Positions 1-8,817 of a DNA stretch of 59,064 bases are shown one piece after another. The notes beneath the pieces are model-generated. The model was not told where the DNA came from and did not search any database. It saw nothing but the letters and a program-made list of their open reading frames with translations. The position numbers were made by a program, and so were the translations under genes. Every line of letters begins with the position of its first letter. Position 1 is the first letter of the stretch. Location of the stretch: positions 1 through 59,064 of the forward strand of contig JAFAKO010000099.1 of the NCBI GenBank assembly GCA_019235245.1. Direction: 5' to 3'. This DNA is from Gammaproteobacteria bacterium. Its GTDB lineage: Bacteria; Pseudomonadota; Gammaproteobacteria; Steroidobacterales; Steroidobacteraceae.

Positions 1-3
1 CGG

Positions 4-972
4 ATGCAGGCACTGTGCTTCGACGCCTACGGGGCGGCGCGTTCCGTACTCACGCTGCGGGACATCGCCATCCCGGAGCCCGCATCCGGCGATGTGCTGG
101 TGCAGGTGCAGGCCTCCGCCATCAACCCGAGCGATGTGAAGGCGGTCGCCGGGGCTTTCCACTCTTCCCTGCCCCGTGTGCCGGGACGCGATTACGCGGG
201 AGTGGTCGTCGCGGGTAGCGACGCGTGGAAGGGCCGGGAAGTCTGGGGAAGCGGACCAGGATTCGGTGTCAGCCACGACGGCGCGCACGCGCAGTTCGTG
301 CTCGTGCCGATCGATGGGCTCTCGGTGAAGCCCGCAGGCCTCTCGATGGTGGCAGCCTCCACCGTCGGGGTGCCCTACCTCGCGGCGTGGTCATCGGTGG
401 TCGAGGCGGCCGCCATTCAGCCCGGGGAGACGCTGCTCGTCACCGGCGCTTCCGGCGCCGTCGGCCGCGCCGCCACCCAGATTGCTCACTGGAAGGGAGC
501 GCGGGTGATCGGAGCGGATATCAGGAAGAGCAGCTCGGATGCCGACCATTCGATCATCTCGACCGACAAGGATCTCACGGCACAGGTGAAGTCCCTCACC
601 AACGGCACCGGCGTCGATGCGGTCCTCGACTGCGTCGGCGGCCCCATGTTCGAGCCCGCGCTGAAGTCACTGCGTCGCGGCGGTCGGCAGATCGCCATCA
701 CCAGCATCGAGAAGCGCCGTGTCGAGTTCGACCTCATCGATTTTTACCATGAGTCGTTGCGGCTGATCGGAGTGGACACGATGAAGCTGACCGCGCGCGA
801 TATCGCGCGGATCATGGACCAGCTGCGCGAGGGGTTCGAACAGGGGCGCCTGCGGCCACCCGCCACCACGACCTGGCCGCTCACCAGCGCGCTCCAAGCC
901 TATGCCGCGGTCGAAAGCGGCGACTCCTCCACCAAGCACGTGCTCCTGCCTGCGCAGCCTGCGGCAGGCTGA
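4..972 (+). CDS. quinone oxidoreductase-like medium-chain dehydrogenase/reductase (MDR family)
   Basis: ATG at 4, 322 aa. MDR N-terminal signature VLVQVQASAINPSDVK and Rossmann motif VTGASGAVGRAA. Strong G/C bias at codon position 3. Confidence 0.85.
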   Translation: MQALCFDAYGAARSVLTLRDIAIPEPASGDVLVQVQASAINPSDVKAVAGAFHSSLPRVPGRDYAGVVVAGSDAWKGREVWGSGPGFGVSHDGAHAQFVLVPIDGLSVKPAGLSMVAASTVGVPYLAAWSSVVEAAAIQPGETLLVTGASGAVGRAATQIAHWKGARVIGADIRKSSSDADHSIISTDKDLTAQVKSLTNGTGVDAVLDCVGGPMFEPALKSLRRGGRQIAITSIEKRRVEFDLIDFYHESLRLIGVDTMKLTARDIARIMDQLREGFEQGRLRPPATTTWPLTSALQAYAAVESGDSSTKHVLLPAQPAAG

Positions 973-1315
973 GCTCAACAACAAACGCGTTCGTCAGGCC
1001 CGCGTGTCGTAGCGGTCGTGGTGCCGCAAGCACGCAATTGCTCGAGGCGCAAGCGGCAGTGCTCGCGCGGCTTTAAGGTAAATCACTGCAAACCAACACT
1101 TGTCATAAATTTCTTTCGCTTGTCGCTGTGATGCGACCACTTGCATGCGACACCGCAAGCGCATATTCATGAGCACGGTCCGGCACGTGTTGGATCTCTG
1201 TTGGTTGTTGTTTTAGCGAGACGCAGGGATGGCACGGGCCGAGGTCAGAGGGAACCGAAATCAGGCGAGGCCGCCATCGCCGGCTCAAAACGGCCCAGCA
1301 GAAGGATGTGACGTA

Positions 1316-3550
1316 ATGCGCCTTGCGGATACTCCGCTCCGTCGTGGTTCGAGACTCGCCCGCGTTGCGCTGTGTTGCGCACTTACCGCGGCGCTGGCGG
1401 CCTGCGACGGCGGCATCACCGAGAACAGTTCGGGGCCCTCCGGAAGCGCGGCCACCACGATGCCGGCGTCCCATGGCGCCACCTCCACTCCACCCAGCCT
1501 CTTCCTGAGCGCGAGCCCGAGCAGCGTCAGCAGCGGCGGCACGGCGCAGCTCACCTGGTCTTCGACGAATGCGAGCAGCTGCACGGCTTCCGGCGGCTGG
1601 TCGGGGAATGAGCCTGCGGGCGGCAACGCCAGCACCGGGTCGCTCGCCAGCACCACCACCTATACGCTCAGCTGTACCGGACCCGGTGGCATGGCGAGCC
1701 GCTCGGTGACGGTGAGCGTCAATGTCGTGACGCTCAATGGTTCCTCCTGCAGCGCCACGAGCGGCGGGCTGACCTTGCGCGCGTCCGCGGCTCGCAAATC
1801 GGGCGCCTCTCCGCTGCTGGCGTTCTTTGACGCCACCGGCAGCAGCAGCAGCGCCGTGGCGGGTAACGCTACGACCTTCCAGGACATTTCCTACAGCTGG
1901 ACCTTCGGAGACGCCGGCAGCTCCGGCACGGGCACCTGGACCTACGGCTCGAACGGCGGCCACAACCTGAAGAACGTGGCGACCGGTGGGGTGGCCGCGC
2001 ACCTCTACGTCACCGGCGGCGCCGACGTCACCTACCCGGTGACCGTGACGGCCTACGACGGCACCAACACGGCGAGCTGTCAGCTCCATGTCACGGCTTA
2101 CGACCCCGCCGGTGCCAATGGCTTTCCCGGAACTCAGACCACCTGCGTGTTCAACAACACCGCCGGCAGCGCCTGCCCGGTCGGGGCGGCGCTCTTTCGC
2201 ACGCAGAATATCGACGCCGCGCTGAGTTCGGCCTTCGGCTCGAATCGCCGCGTCCTGTTCAACTGCGGTGACACCTTCAGCGGCAGCTATTCGATCAGCT
2301 CGGGAGTGAGCCGCGCCTCGATCGGCGCCTACGGAGGCTGCGAAGGCACCAGCACCGGTCGGCCGGTGTTTCAGAACAGCAGCGGCAGCACCATTTCTCT
2401 CGGCGCGAACAATCCGACCGACATTCGCATCGCCGATATCGACTTCGAGGATGGCAGCGGCACCGCGCGGGCCGTCTCCACCGCCGGCGGTCTCGGCGAG
2501 ACGCAGATCACCCTCTACAACCTGAACTGCAACGGCATGCAGTCGTGCTACTACCTCGATCAGGCGAGCCAGAGCGGCCTGATCCAGAGCACCGCCACCG
2601 GCATGACGACGAGCGCCGGCACCTACTGGAACTACGCCGGCAACAACTGCCTGAACGGATCGGTCGCAGCCGGCTGCGGCGGGTCCGGCGGCTACTACGA
2701 CGTCAGCTACAACGCACTGCTCGGCAACAGCTTGGACGGGCAGGGAGCAACGAGCGGCGGCAGCCCCATCGACACGGTGCGCGTGGGCGCCTGCCGGATG
2801 TGCGTGATCGCCGACAACACCTTCCGCAACGCCAACAACCTGGGGGCGGTCCTCAACCTCCACTCCGGCAACACCGCCGCGGGCCAGGCGACCTGGATCG
2901 GGCAGTACACCGAGCTCGTGCAGGTCTCCGACAACCTCTTCACCGGCGCTGCCGGTGCGCAGCTGGTCGAGACCGCGCCGCAGAACCCGTCGAATGATGA
3001 GCGGCTGCGCAACGTCGTGGTCGAGCGCAGCCTGTTCCTCGCCGTATCCGGGGGCGCCGGCCGACAGATCCTGGTGTCCGCGGTGAATGAGACACTGCGC
3101 GACAACGTGTTCAACGTCAGCGCTGCGGACGCCACGCCGCCGCAGTACGCCGCGCAGGTCGCACAGCGCGGCATGGAGCCGGTGCCGCAGTACGTGGAGC
3201 TCTACAACAATAGCTGTTACGCGCTGCAGACGATGGGCAGCTGTATCGGGTTCGATGGCACGGGTTTCGCGGCGCCCGGAAACAACAGCTGGGCGAGCAA
3301 CACCCTCTTCTACGATAACGCCATGACGACCGCCGTGGTGGTCGACCACGGCAGCGGCAACACCGTCGGCACCAACAGTGCCGATTCGTCGCTCGATCCC
3401 CTGATGGCGGATGCGAGCGGTACTTTCGGCCTGATATCCGACTTCCAGCCGACCCAGAACTATGCCGGGGGCAGCGCGGTACCGGTGTGGTATGACGCAC
3501 TCGCTGTGGCCTGGAGCCCCACCTGGAGCCTCGGCGCGGTCGCGCCCTGA
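1316..3550 (+). CDS. exported lipoprotein with Ig-like, PKD-like and right-handed beta-helix-like regions
   Basis: Internal ATG 1316 gives a signal peptide plus lipobox (LTAALAAC). Ig-like module LTWSSTNASSCTASGGWSG..TYTLSCTG and PKD-like module ISYSWTFGD..VTAYDGTN, then a long Gly/Asn/Ser-rich periodic C-terminal region. Confidence 0.7.
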   Translation: MRLADTPLRRGSRLARVALCCALTAALAACDGGITENSSGPSGSAATTMPASHGATSTPPSLFLSASPSSVSSGGTAQLTWSSTNASSCTASGGWSGNEPAGGNASTGSLASTTTYTLSCTGPGGMASRSVTVSVNVVTLNGSSCSATSGGLTLRASAARKSGASPLLAFFDATGSSSSAVAGNATTFQDISYSWTFGDAGSSGTGTWTYGSNGGHNLKNVATGGVAAHLYVTGGADVTYPVTVTAYDGTNTASCQLHVTAYDPAGANGFPGTQTTCVFNNTAGSACPVGAALFRTQNIDAALSSAFGSNRRVLFNCGDTFSGSYSISSGVSRASIGAYGGCEGTSTGRPVFQNSSGSTISLGANNPTDIRIADIDFEDGSGTARAVSTAGGLGETQITLYNLNCNGMQSCYYLDQASQSGLIQSTATGMTTSAGTYWNYAGNNCLNGSVAAGCGGSGGYYDVSYNALLGNSLDGQGATSGGSPIDTVRVGACRMCVIADNTFRNANNLGAVLNLHSGNTAAGQATWIGQYTELVQVSDNLFTGAAGAQLVETAPQNPSNDERLRNVVVERSLFLAVSGGAGRQILVSAVNETLRDNVFNVSAADATPPQYAAQVAQRGMEPVPQYVELYNNSCYALQTMGSCIGFDGTGFAAPGNNSWASNTLFYDNAMTTAVVVDHGSGNTVGTNSADSSLDPLMADASGTFGLISDFQPTQNYAGGSAVPVWYDALAVAWSPTWSLGAVAP

Positions 3551-3580
3551 GGTGCGCCTGCGGCGCGGCGCATGCCGCGG

Positions 3581-5290
3581 CTAGCGGGCCGCGTACACCC
3601 GACGACCATCGAGATAGGTCGCGAGCACGCGTGTGCGGTGCAGATCGAACGGGTCGAGCGCGAAGATATCGCGGTCGAGAATCACGAAATCGGCCCGCTT
3701 GCCGCGCTCGAGACTTCCGGTGGTGCGCTCCTGCCGCAGCGCGAATGCCGCGTTGATGGTGTAGGCCTCGACGATGGCCTCGAGCGCAATGCTTTGCTCG
3801 GGTAGCAGCGGCTCCTGCCCCCGCGAGGCGCAGCGCGTGACGGCGTGCTCCATGGCCTCGAACGCATCGAAGCTGCTCACATTCCAGTCGCTGCCGCCGG
3901 CAATCGTGGCCCCCGCATCGAGCAGCGAGCGCGCCGGATACAGATACTGCGCGCGCTCGGGTCCGATGTAAGGGAGCGTCGCCGCGACGATATAGGGATC
4001 CCGCTGCGCCCACAGCAGCTGGAAATTGGCGATGACGTTGAGCTCCTTGAAGCGCCGGTCGTCCTGGGGATCGACGAGCTCCAGGTGAGCGATCTGATGA
4101 CGGTTGTCGCGAGCACCATTGACCTGCTTCGCATAGGCGAAGGCATCGAGCGAGGAGCGGACGGCGCGGTCGCCGATCGCGTGCACGTGCACCGTGAAAC
4201 CCGCGGCGTCCGCCGCGGCCACGACCTCGTTGAGGTGCGGCTGCTGGTAGTACGTCGGCCCGCTGGTTCCGCTCGGTTTGCCAGATCGGTCGAGGTAGGG
4301 CGCAAGCAGTGCCGCGTTGAATGACGGGTACTCCATGTCGCCGTCGGCGAAGATCTTGACCGAATCCGCCCGCAGATAGTCGGGATCGATGCTCCAGCGT
4401 TTGCGGAACTCGATCGCCTCGCCGATCAGTACCTCGGCGGGTCGGTCCGTGCCCGTGAGGCCGAAGGCGCCGCGCACCCGCATGTTAAGCCGGTGCTCGT
4501 CGTAGAGCTTCTTGTAGAGCTGCATGTAATGCTCATCGACATCGGCATCCTGGACCGAGGTGATGCCGACTGCGCGCATGGCCGCGAACGCCTTATCGAG
4601 GCGCGCGACCTCGAGCGCCAGTGGGACTGTCGGCCTTGCCGCCAGCACGAGATCGAGCGCTGCATCGCGCAGCGTGCCGGTGGGCTTGCCGTCCGCGTCA
4701 CGCTCGATGCGACCCCCGGTAGGGTCGCGGGTCGTCGCATCGATACGTGCGGCTTCGAGCGCCGCGGAATTCGCGAACACGGTATGTCCGGATGCGTCCT
4801 CGAGCAGCAGCGGCCGGTGCGACAGCATCTGATCGAGCTGCTGCCGGGAGAGCTCGAGGTTGGATACGTTGACACCGACCACCTCGAACCACGGCGGATG
4901 ATCCGCCGGCTCCTGCGCCAGGCAGCGCGCCACCTCCCGCTTCACGGCCTCGGGGCCGAGCAGGCGGTCGTGGAGACTGCATTTGCCCAGATCCTGGGCG
5001 CCCTCTGCCGGGTGGGTGTGCGCATCGATGATGCCCGGCAGCACGACCCGGCCGCGCAGATCCACCACCTGCGTCTGCGGGCCTGCCAGCGCGCTCACCT
5101 CGGCATCGCTGCCGATGGCGATGAGAGTGTTGCCACGAGCGGCCAGCGCCTGCACGACGCTGCGGCCGGGATCCATGGTGTGTATGCGCCCATGCAGCAG
5201 GATGAGATCGGCGGCCTCCGGGCCGGCAGCGGCGGCCACGGCAGGGTGCGCGCAAAGCAACCACACCGCTCCTGAGCATAACCATCGCAT
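3581..5290 (-). CDS. exported amidohydrolase-family metal-dependent hydrolase (Amidohydro_3 / YtcJ-like)
   Basis: Start placed at ATG 5290 (MRWLCSGAVWLLCAHPAVAAA signal peptide). Metal-ligand motifs IIDAHTHP, HVHAIGDRA and AGGSDW. Confidence 0.85.
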   Translation of the reverse strand: MRWLCSGAVWLLCAHPAVAAAAGPEAADLILLHGRIHTMDPGRSVVQALAARGNTLIAIGSDAEVSALAGPQTQVVDLRGRVVLPGIIDAHTHPAEGAQDLGKCSLHDRLLGPEAVKREVARCLAQEPADHPPWFEVVGVNVSNLELSRQQLDQMLSHRPLLLEDASGHTVFANSAALEAARIDATTRDPTGGRIERDADGKPTGTLRDAALDLVLAARPTVPLALEVARLDKAFAAMRAVGITSVQDADVDEHYMQLYKKLYDEHRLNMRVRGAFGLTGTDRPAEVLIGEAIEFRKRWSIDPDYLRADSVKIFADGDMEYPSFNAALLAPYLDRSGKPSGTSGPTYYQQPHLNEVVAAADAAGFTVHVHAIGDRAVRSSLDAFAYAKQVNGARDNRHQIAHLELVDPQDDRRFKELNVIANFQLLWAQRDPYIVAATLPYIGPERAQYLYPARSLLDAGATIAGGSDWNVSSFDAFEAMEHAVTRCASRGQEPLLPEQSIALEAIVEAYTINAAFALRQERTTGSLERGKRADFVILDRDIFALDPFDLHRTRVLATYLDGRRVYAAR

Positions 5291-5406
5291 GGATGACCGC
5301 AGCGTAACCCAGCCCCGCGGGCCGCGCCAAACCAGCTCCTGCGAGAAACCGCCGACAGCGGTTGGAGACATCGGCCGTCCGCAGCGCCCGGGTCGCTGCT
5401 CCAGAC

Positions 5407-5420
5407 TTGCGCATGCGCAA
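5407..5420. promoter_or_regulatory. perfect 14-bp palindrome TTGCGCATGCGCAA overlapping the candidate NRAMP start codon
   Basis: Self-complementary 14-mer centred on ATG 5413, in the divergent region between the amidohydrolase and the NRAMP gene. Confidence 0.3.
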
Positions 5421-6741
5421 CAGATTGCGGCACGACGCTCACGCGTCCCCCCAAGGCGACGGACCCACCGCAAAGGTGCGCCGGTGGTGGTCGAGCCTCG
5501 GGGCGGGACTGGTGACTGGCGCGGCGGACGACGATCCGAGCGGCATTGCCACCTACTCCCAGGCGGGCGCCCAGTTTGGCTACCAGCTCGCCTGGACGAT
5601 GCTCTTCACCTATCCCTTGATGGTGGTGATTCAGGACATCAGCGCCCGCATCGGCCGCGTCACCGGCCGCGGGATAGCCGGCAACATCCGCGCGCATTAC
5701 CCCGGGTGGGTCCTGCAGCCGATCGTGTGGCTGCTGTTTGCCGCCAACATCCTCAACCTCGGAGCGGACCTCGGCGCGATGGCCGAGGCGGTGCGGCTGC
5801 TCGTCCCGGCACTTTCGGGCTGGGTGTGGATCATTTTTTTCGGACTCGCGTGCACCCTCCTGCCGATCCTGCTCTCGCACCGGATCTATGTCGGGGTGCT
5901 GAAGTGGCTCACGCTGGCGCTGTTCGCATACTTCGGAGTCCTCGCCGTCGTGCACATCGATTGGGCAAGGGTGGCGCGCGGCGTCCTGATTCCGCACTGG
6001 TCGTTCGACGTGCAGTTCTGGCTCATGGTCATGGCCATTCTGGGCACCACCATCAGTCCGTACCTGTTTTTCTGGCAGGCGACTCAGGAGGTGGAAGACA
6101 CCAAGGCCCATGCGCAGCGGCAGCCGCTGAGGAGCAAGCCCAGCCAGGCAGCCTCGGCCCTGGCGCGCATTCGCCTGGACACGCTCATCGGGATGGCGCT
6201 CTCCAACCTCGTCGGCCTCGCCATTCTCATCGCCACCGCGGGCACGCTCGGGCAAGCGCGCATCGAGCACGTGCAGACCGCGGCCCAGGCGGCGGAGGCC
6301 CTGCGACCGCTGGCCGGCGATGCCGCATTCGCGCTGTTCGCCCTCGGCATCGTCGGCACGGGTCTGCTCTCGGTGCCGGTACTGGCGGGGTCGGCTGCCT
6401 ATGCACTCGGGGAGGCGTGCCGGTGGCCGGTCGGGTTTTCCCGCAGGCCGCTCCAGGCGAAGGCGTTTTACACCACGATCGCGCTCGCCATGCTGCTCGG
6501 GAGTCTCGTCAACTTCGCCGCCATCAACCCCATGCAGGCGCTGCTGTGGGCCGCGGTGCTCAACGGGGTGGTCGCCGTGCCGGTCATGGTCCTCATCGTG
6601 AAGATCGCAGCGAGCCGCCGCATCATGGATCGCTTCGTCGTCCCCGCCCCGTGGCTGGTGCTCGCCTGGGTCGCGACGGGAGTGATGGCGGTCGCGACGC
6701 TCGGGTGGCTGCTTTCGATGGTGGCGATGCGTACCGCCTGA
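5413..6741 (+). CDS. NRAMP-family divalent metal cation transporter
   Basis: TGAADDDPSGIATYSQAGAQFGY matches the NRAMP first conserved motif. Many hydrophobic segments. Start is ambiguous (TTG 5362 or ATG 5413). Confidence 0.85.
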   Translation: MRNRLRHDAHASPQGDGPTAKVRRWWSSLGAGLVTGAADDDPSGIATYSQAGAQFGYQLAWTMLFTYPLMVVIQDISARIGRVTGRGIAGNIRAHYPGWVLQPIVWLLFAANILNLGADLGAMAEAVRLLVPALSGWVWIIFFGLACTLLPILLSHRIYVGVLKWLTLALFAYFGVLAVVHIDWARVARGVLIPHWSFDVQFWLMVMAILGTTISPYLFFWQATQEVEDTKAHAQRQPLRSKPSQAASALARIRLDTLIGMALSNLVGLAILIATAGTLGQARIEHVQTAAQAAEALRPLAGDAAFALFALGIVGTGLLSVPVLAGSAAYALGEACRWPVGFSRRPLQAKAFYTTIALAMLLGSLVNFAAINPMQALLWAAVLNGVVAVPVMVLIVKIAASRRIMDRFVVPAPWLVLAWVATGVMAVATLGWLLSMVAMRTA

Positions 6742-6895
6742 GTCACCCCCGGGTGCGTGCCTTGGGGATCGCCGCCACAAGCCGCGTCGCTCTTGCCAGG
6801 CGACTTTGCTTCGGGACAAGATGCGCGCTCCGCAAAGAAAGATCACCCCGCGTGTGGCGGGCGAGACCGCACCCTTTCAGGGATGAAACGCGCGC

Positions 6896-7165
6896 ATGAG
6901 TACTGAGTTCTCGACCAGCGTCAAAGTGGACCCGGAGGCGCAGTCGCTGTGGCACGAGGTCGCCACCGCCTCCGACGAAGTCGCCGCCATTGTCGATCGG
7001 ATCCCCGGCCTCACGGTCACCGGTGTCGAGACGCGCAATGAGCTCGAGCGCGCGGCAGCGTTGTTGCAGGCGGTCGCTGCGATCCTGCGCCGCACGGAGC
7101 GGCGTGAGGGCGCGCGCTACGCAACCGTCAACCGCAGTATCCTGGGTCCCGATCCGATTGCCTGA
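6896..7165 (+). CDS. hypothetical small protein
   Basis: 89-aa ORF with ATG start and high G/C at codon position 3. I recognise no motif. Confidence 0.4.
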   Translation: MSTEFSTSVKVDPEAQSLWHEVATASDEVAAIVDRIPGLTVTGVETRNELERAAALLQAVAAILRRTERREGARYATVNRSILGPDPIA

Positions 7166-7196
7166 CGTCCGCGGCGCAGCGGTGCGATGCGGCCGT

Positions 7197-7421
7197 TCAG
7201 TGTGAGATTTCCAGTTCCGCGATCAGCTGATCGCGCTCTTCCTGCCAGCGTTCGGCGGCACGCGCGAGGATCGGGTGGTCGCGCGCTTCACGGATCCAGT
7301 CCTCCAGCTCGAGAACGCGCCTGAGCTTCTCGCAGTGGCTGATGGCGCTATCGACCATCAGGGAGTCGTTCATGGCACGCATCCCATTGCGTTCACCTGC
7401 TGCTTCCATCGAATGTTTCAC
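7197..7421 (-). CDS. hypothetical small protein
   Basis: 74-aa ORF convergent with 6896..7165. Helical, charged sequence (WIREARDHPILARAAERWQEERDQLIAELE). The true start may be an internal Met. Confidence 0.35.
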   Translation of the reverse strand: MKHSMEAAGERNGMRAMNDSLMVDSAISHCEKLRRVLELEDWIREARDHPILARAAERWQEERDQLIAELEISH

Positions 7422-7577
7422 CTGCAGTCCCCCTTGGCTCGCAGCAACACTTTATCCAACGCCCCCCTGCGCTACTTTGAGCCGGCTCACACCGAGGGGT
7501 AAGCAGCCGCCGCATCGAACCGTAGGACCAGGCTTACCGGACATGTAAGGGCTTCGATTCGAGCCGTGCGCGACAGC

Positions 7578-8132
7578 ATGACCATTTACGGCTGGCTGAT
7601 CTTTCCACTCTGGCTGGCTGCGGTCGTGTACTGGGTCATATCGGCGCTCCGGCCGAAGCAGGGGGCTAGCGACAGGTGGTTGTGGTGGCGCGAGATCACG
7701 CTGCGTCTCGCGTTCTTCGCGCTCCTCGTTCTCGCAATCGAGCTCGCGGCGCTCGCGCACGCCGTGCCGAGCGCCGAGCCGCTCGCCATCACGAGGAGCG
7801 GGTGGCTTGGACCTGCGGGATTGCTGTTGGCAGCGATGGGCATCGCTCTCGCCATCGGCGCGCGAGACTGGCTCACCCGGCCGGACCGGCCGGAGCTCCT
7901 CACGAGCGGGCCCTATGCGCTCGTACGTCATCCGCTCTACGGTGGCCTGCTGCTCGCGCTGCTGGGCTCGGCGATGGCGCAGAGCTCGCTCTGGCTTCTG
8001 CCGCTCCTTCTTTACGGTCCCGCCTTCATCCAGAGCGCGCGACGCGAGGAGCACCGCCTGCTGGAGCAGTTCCCGGAGCGTTACCGTGACTACATGCACC
8101 GAACCAAGATGCTGCTGCCTTTCCTGCTCTGA
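7578..8132 (+). CDS. isoprenylcysteine carboxyl methyltransferase (ICMT/PEMT-like) family membrane protein
   Basis: Multi-pass hydrophobic protein with LLTSGPYALVRHPLYGG and C-terminal REEHRLLEQFPERYRDY, typical of the ICMT/phospholipid methyltransferase family. ATG 7578 preferred over GTG 7566. Confidence 0.8.
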   Translation: MTIYGWLIFPLWLAAVVYWVISALRPKQGASDRWLWWREITLRLAFFALLVLAIELAALAHAVPSAEPLAITRSGWLGPAGLLLAAMGIALAIGARDWLTRPDRPELLTSGPYALVRHPLYGGLLLALLGSAMAQSSLWLLPLLLYGPAFIQSARREEHRLLEQFPERYRDYMHRTKMLLPFLL

Positions 8133-8242
8133 GGCCCCGTCCCCGATCGGATATGATTGCGCGGGCGCCGGCGCGACTAATGAAAGAGTGACCCGGCTCA
8201 GTCCCAGACTCCGCTTTCCCCAGGATCCAAGGAGCGGCCGAT

Positions 8243-8806
8243 ATGAGTGACAGCAAGACACCCTTCCTCAGCGACGTGAAGACACTCCGCGAGCGCGCGC
8301 GCCAGCAGCTCGGCCGCGGTGCGGTGACGGCCACATACGTCGGGGACGTGAACAAGACCATCGACCTGCTGCAGAACGTGCTCGCGACCGAGATCGTGTG
8401 CGTGCTGCGCTACACCATGCACTCGATCGCCGCCGCCGGCATCACCAGTGAGAGCGTCAAGGACGAGTTCGCCCAGCACGCCAAGGAGGAACAGGAGCAC
8501 ATGACGGCCGTGGCCGAGCGGATCAATCAGCTCGGGGGTCGGCCGAATTTCAACCCGGAAGGCCTCGCGAGCCGCTCCGCCAGCCAGTACGTCGAAGGCG
8601 AGAATCTCATCGACATGATCAAGGAAAACCTGATCGCCGAACGGATAGCCATCGATCACTACCGCGAGCTGGTTCGCTATTTCGCCGACAACGACCCGGC
8701 GACCCGCGTCATGCTCGAGCGCATCCTGGCCGTCGAAGAAGAGCATGCCAACGACATGCACGACCTGCTCGTCTCGCATGAGGGCAAGCCGATGCTGGAG
8801 CGTTGA
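8243..8806 (+). CDS. ferritin-like domain protein (bacterioferritin-related)
   Basis: AAGGAG RBS upstream of ATG 8243. Four-helix di-iron style ligand pairs (HAKEEQEH, AVEEEHANDMH). Confidence 0.8.
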   Translation: MSDSKTPFLSDVKTLRERARQQLGRGAVTATYVGDVNKTIDLLQNVLATEIVCVLRYTMHSIAAAGITSESVKDEFAQHAKEEQEHMTAVAERINQLGGRPNFNPEGLASRSASQYVEGENLIDMIKENLIAERIAIDHYRELVRYFADNDPATRVMLERILAVEEEHANDMHDLLVSHEGKPMLER

Positions 8807-8817
8807 ACGCTCGCTGA

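Noticed and set aside
973-1218. MITE-like element bounded by the inverted 9-mers CAACAACAA (977-985) and TTGTTGTTG (1204-1212) in an AT-richer intergenic region
   Set aside because: The inverted repeat is only about 9-12 bp and imperfect beyond that. I can see no target-site duplication and no second copy in the window. This is insufficient evidence.
1335-1350. GGTTCGAG, resembling a tRNA T-arm
   Set aside because: It lies inside the lipoprotein coding frame (signal-peptide region), and no cloverleaf can be drawn around it. I found no tRNA or rRNA genes anywhere in the window.
1103-3349. 748-aa ORF on the minus strand, the longest ORF in this interval
   Set aside because: It is entirely antisense to the beta-helix lipoprotein gene. 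Its product is Arg/Ala/Gly-rich low-complexity sequence with no motifs. The plus-strand frame has a signal peptide, a lipobox and recognisable modules. This is a typical high-GC shadow ORF.
4983-6899. 638-aa plus-strand ORF and 583-aa minus-strand ORF (5095..6846) spanning the NRAMP locus
   Set aside because: Both are Arg/Pro/Gly-rich frames overlapping the clearly recognisable NRAMP frame (5413..6741) and the amidohydrolase 5' end. They are shadow ORFs.
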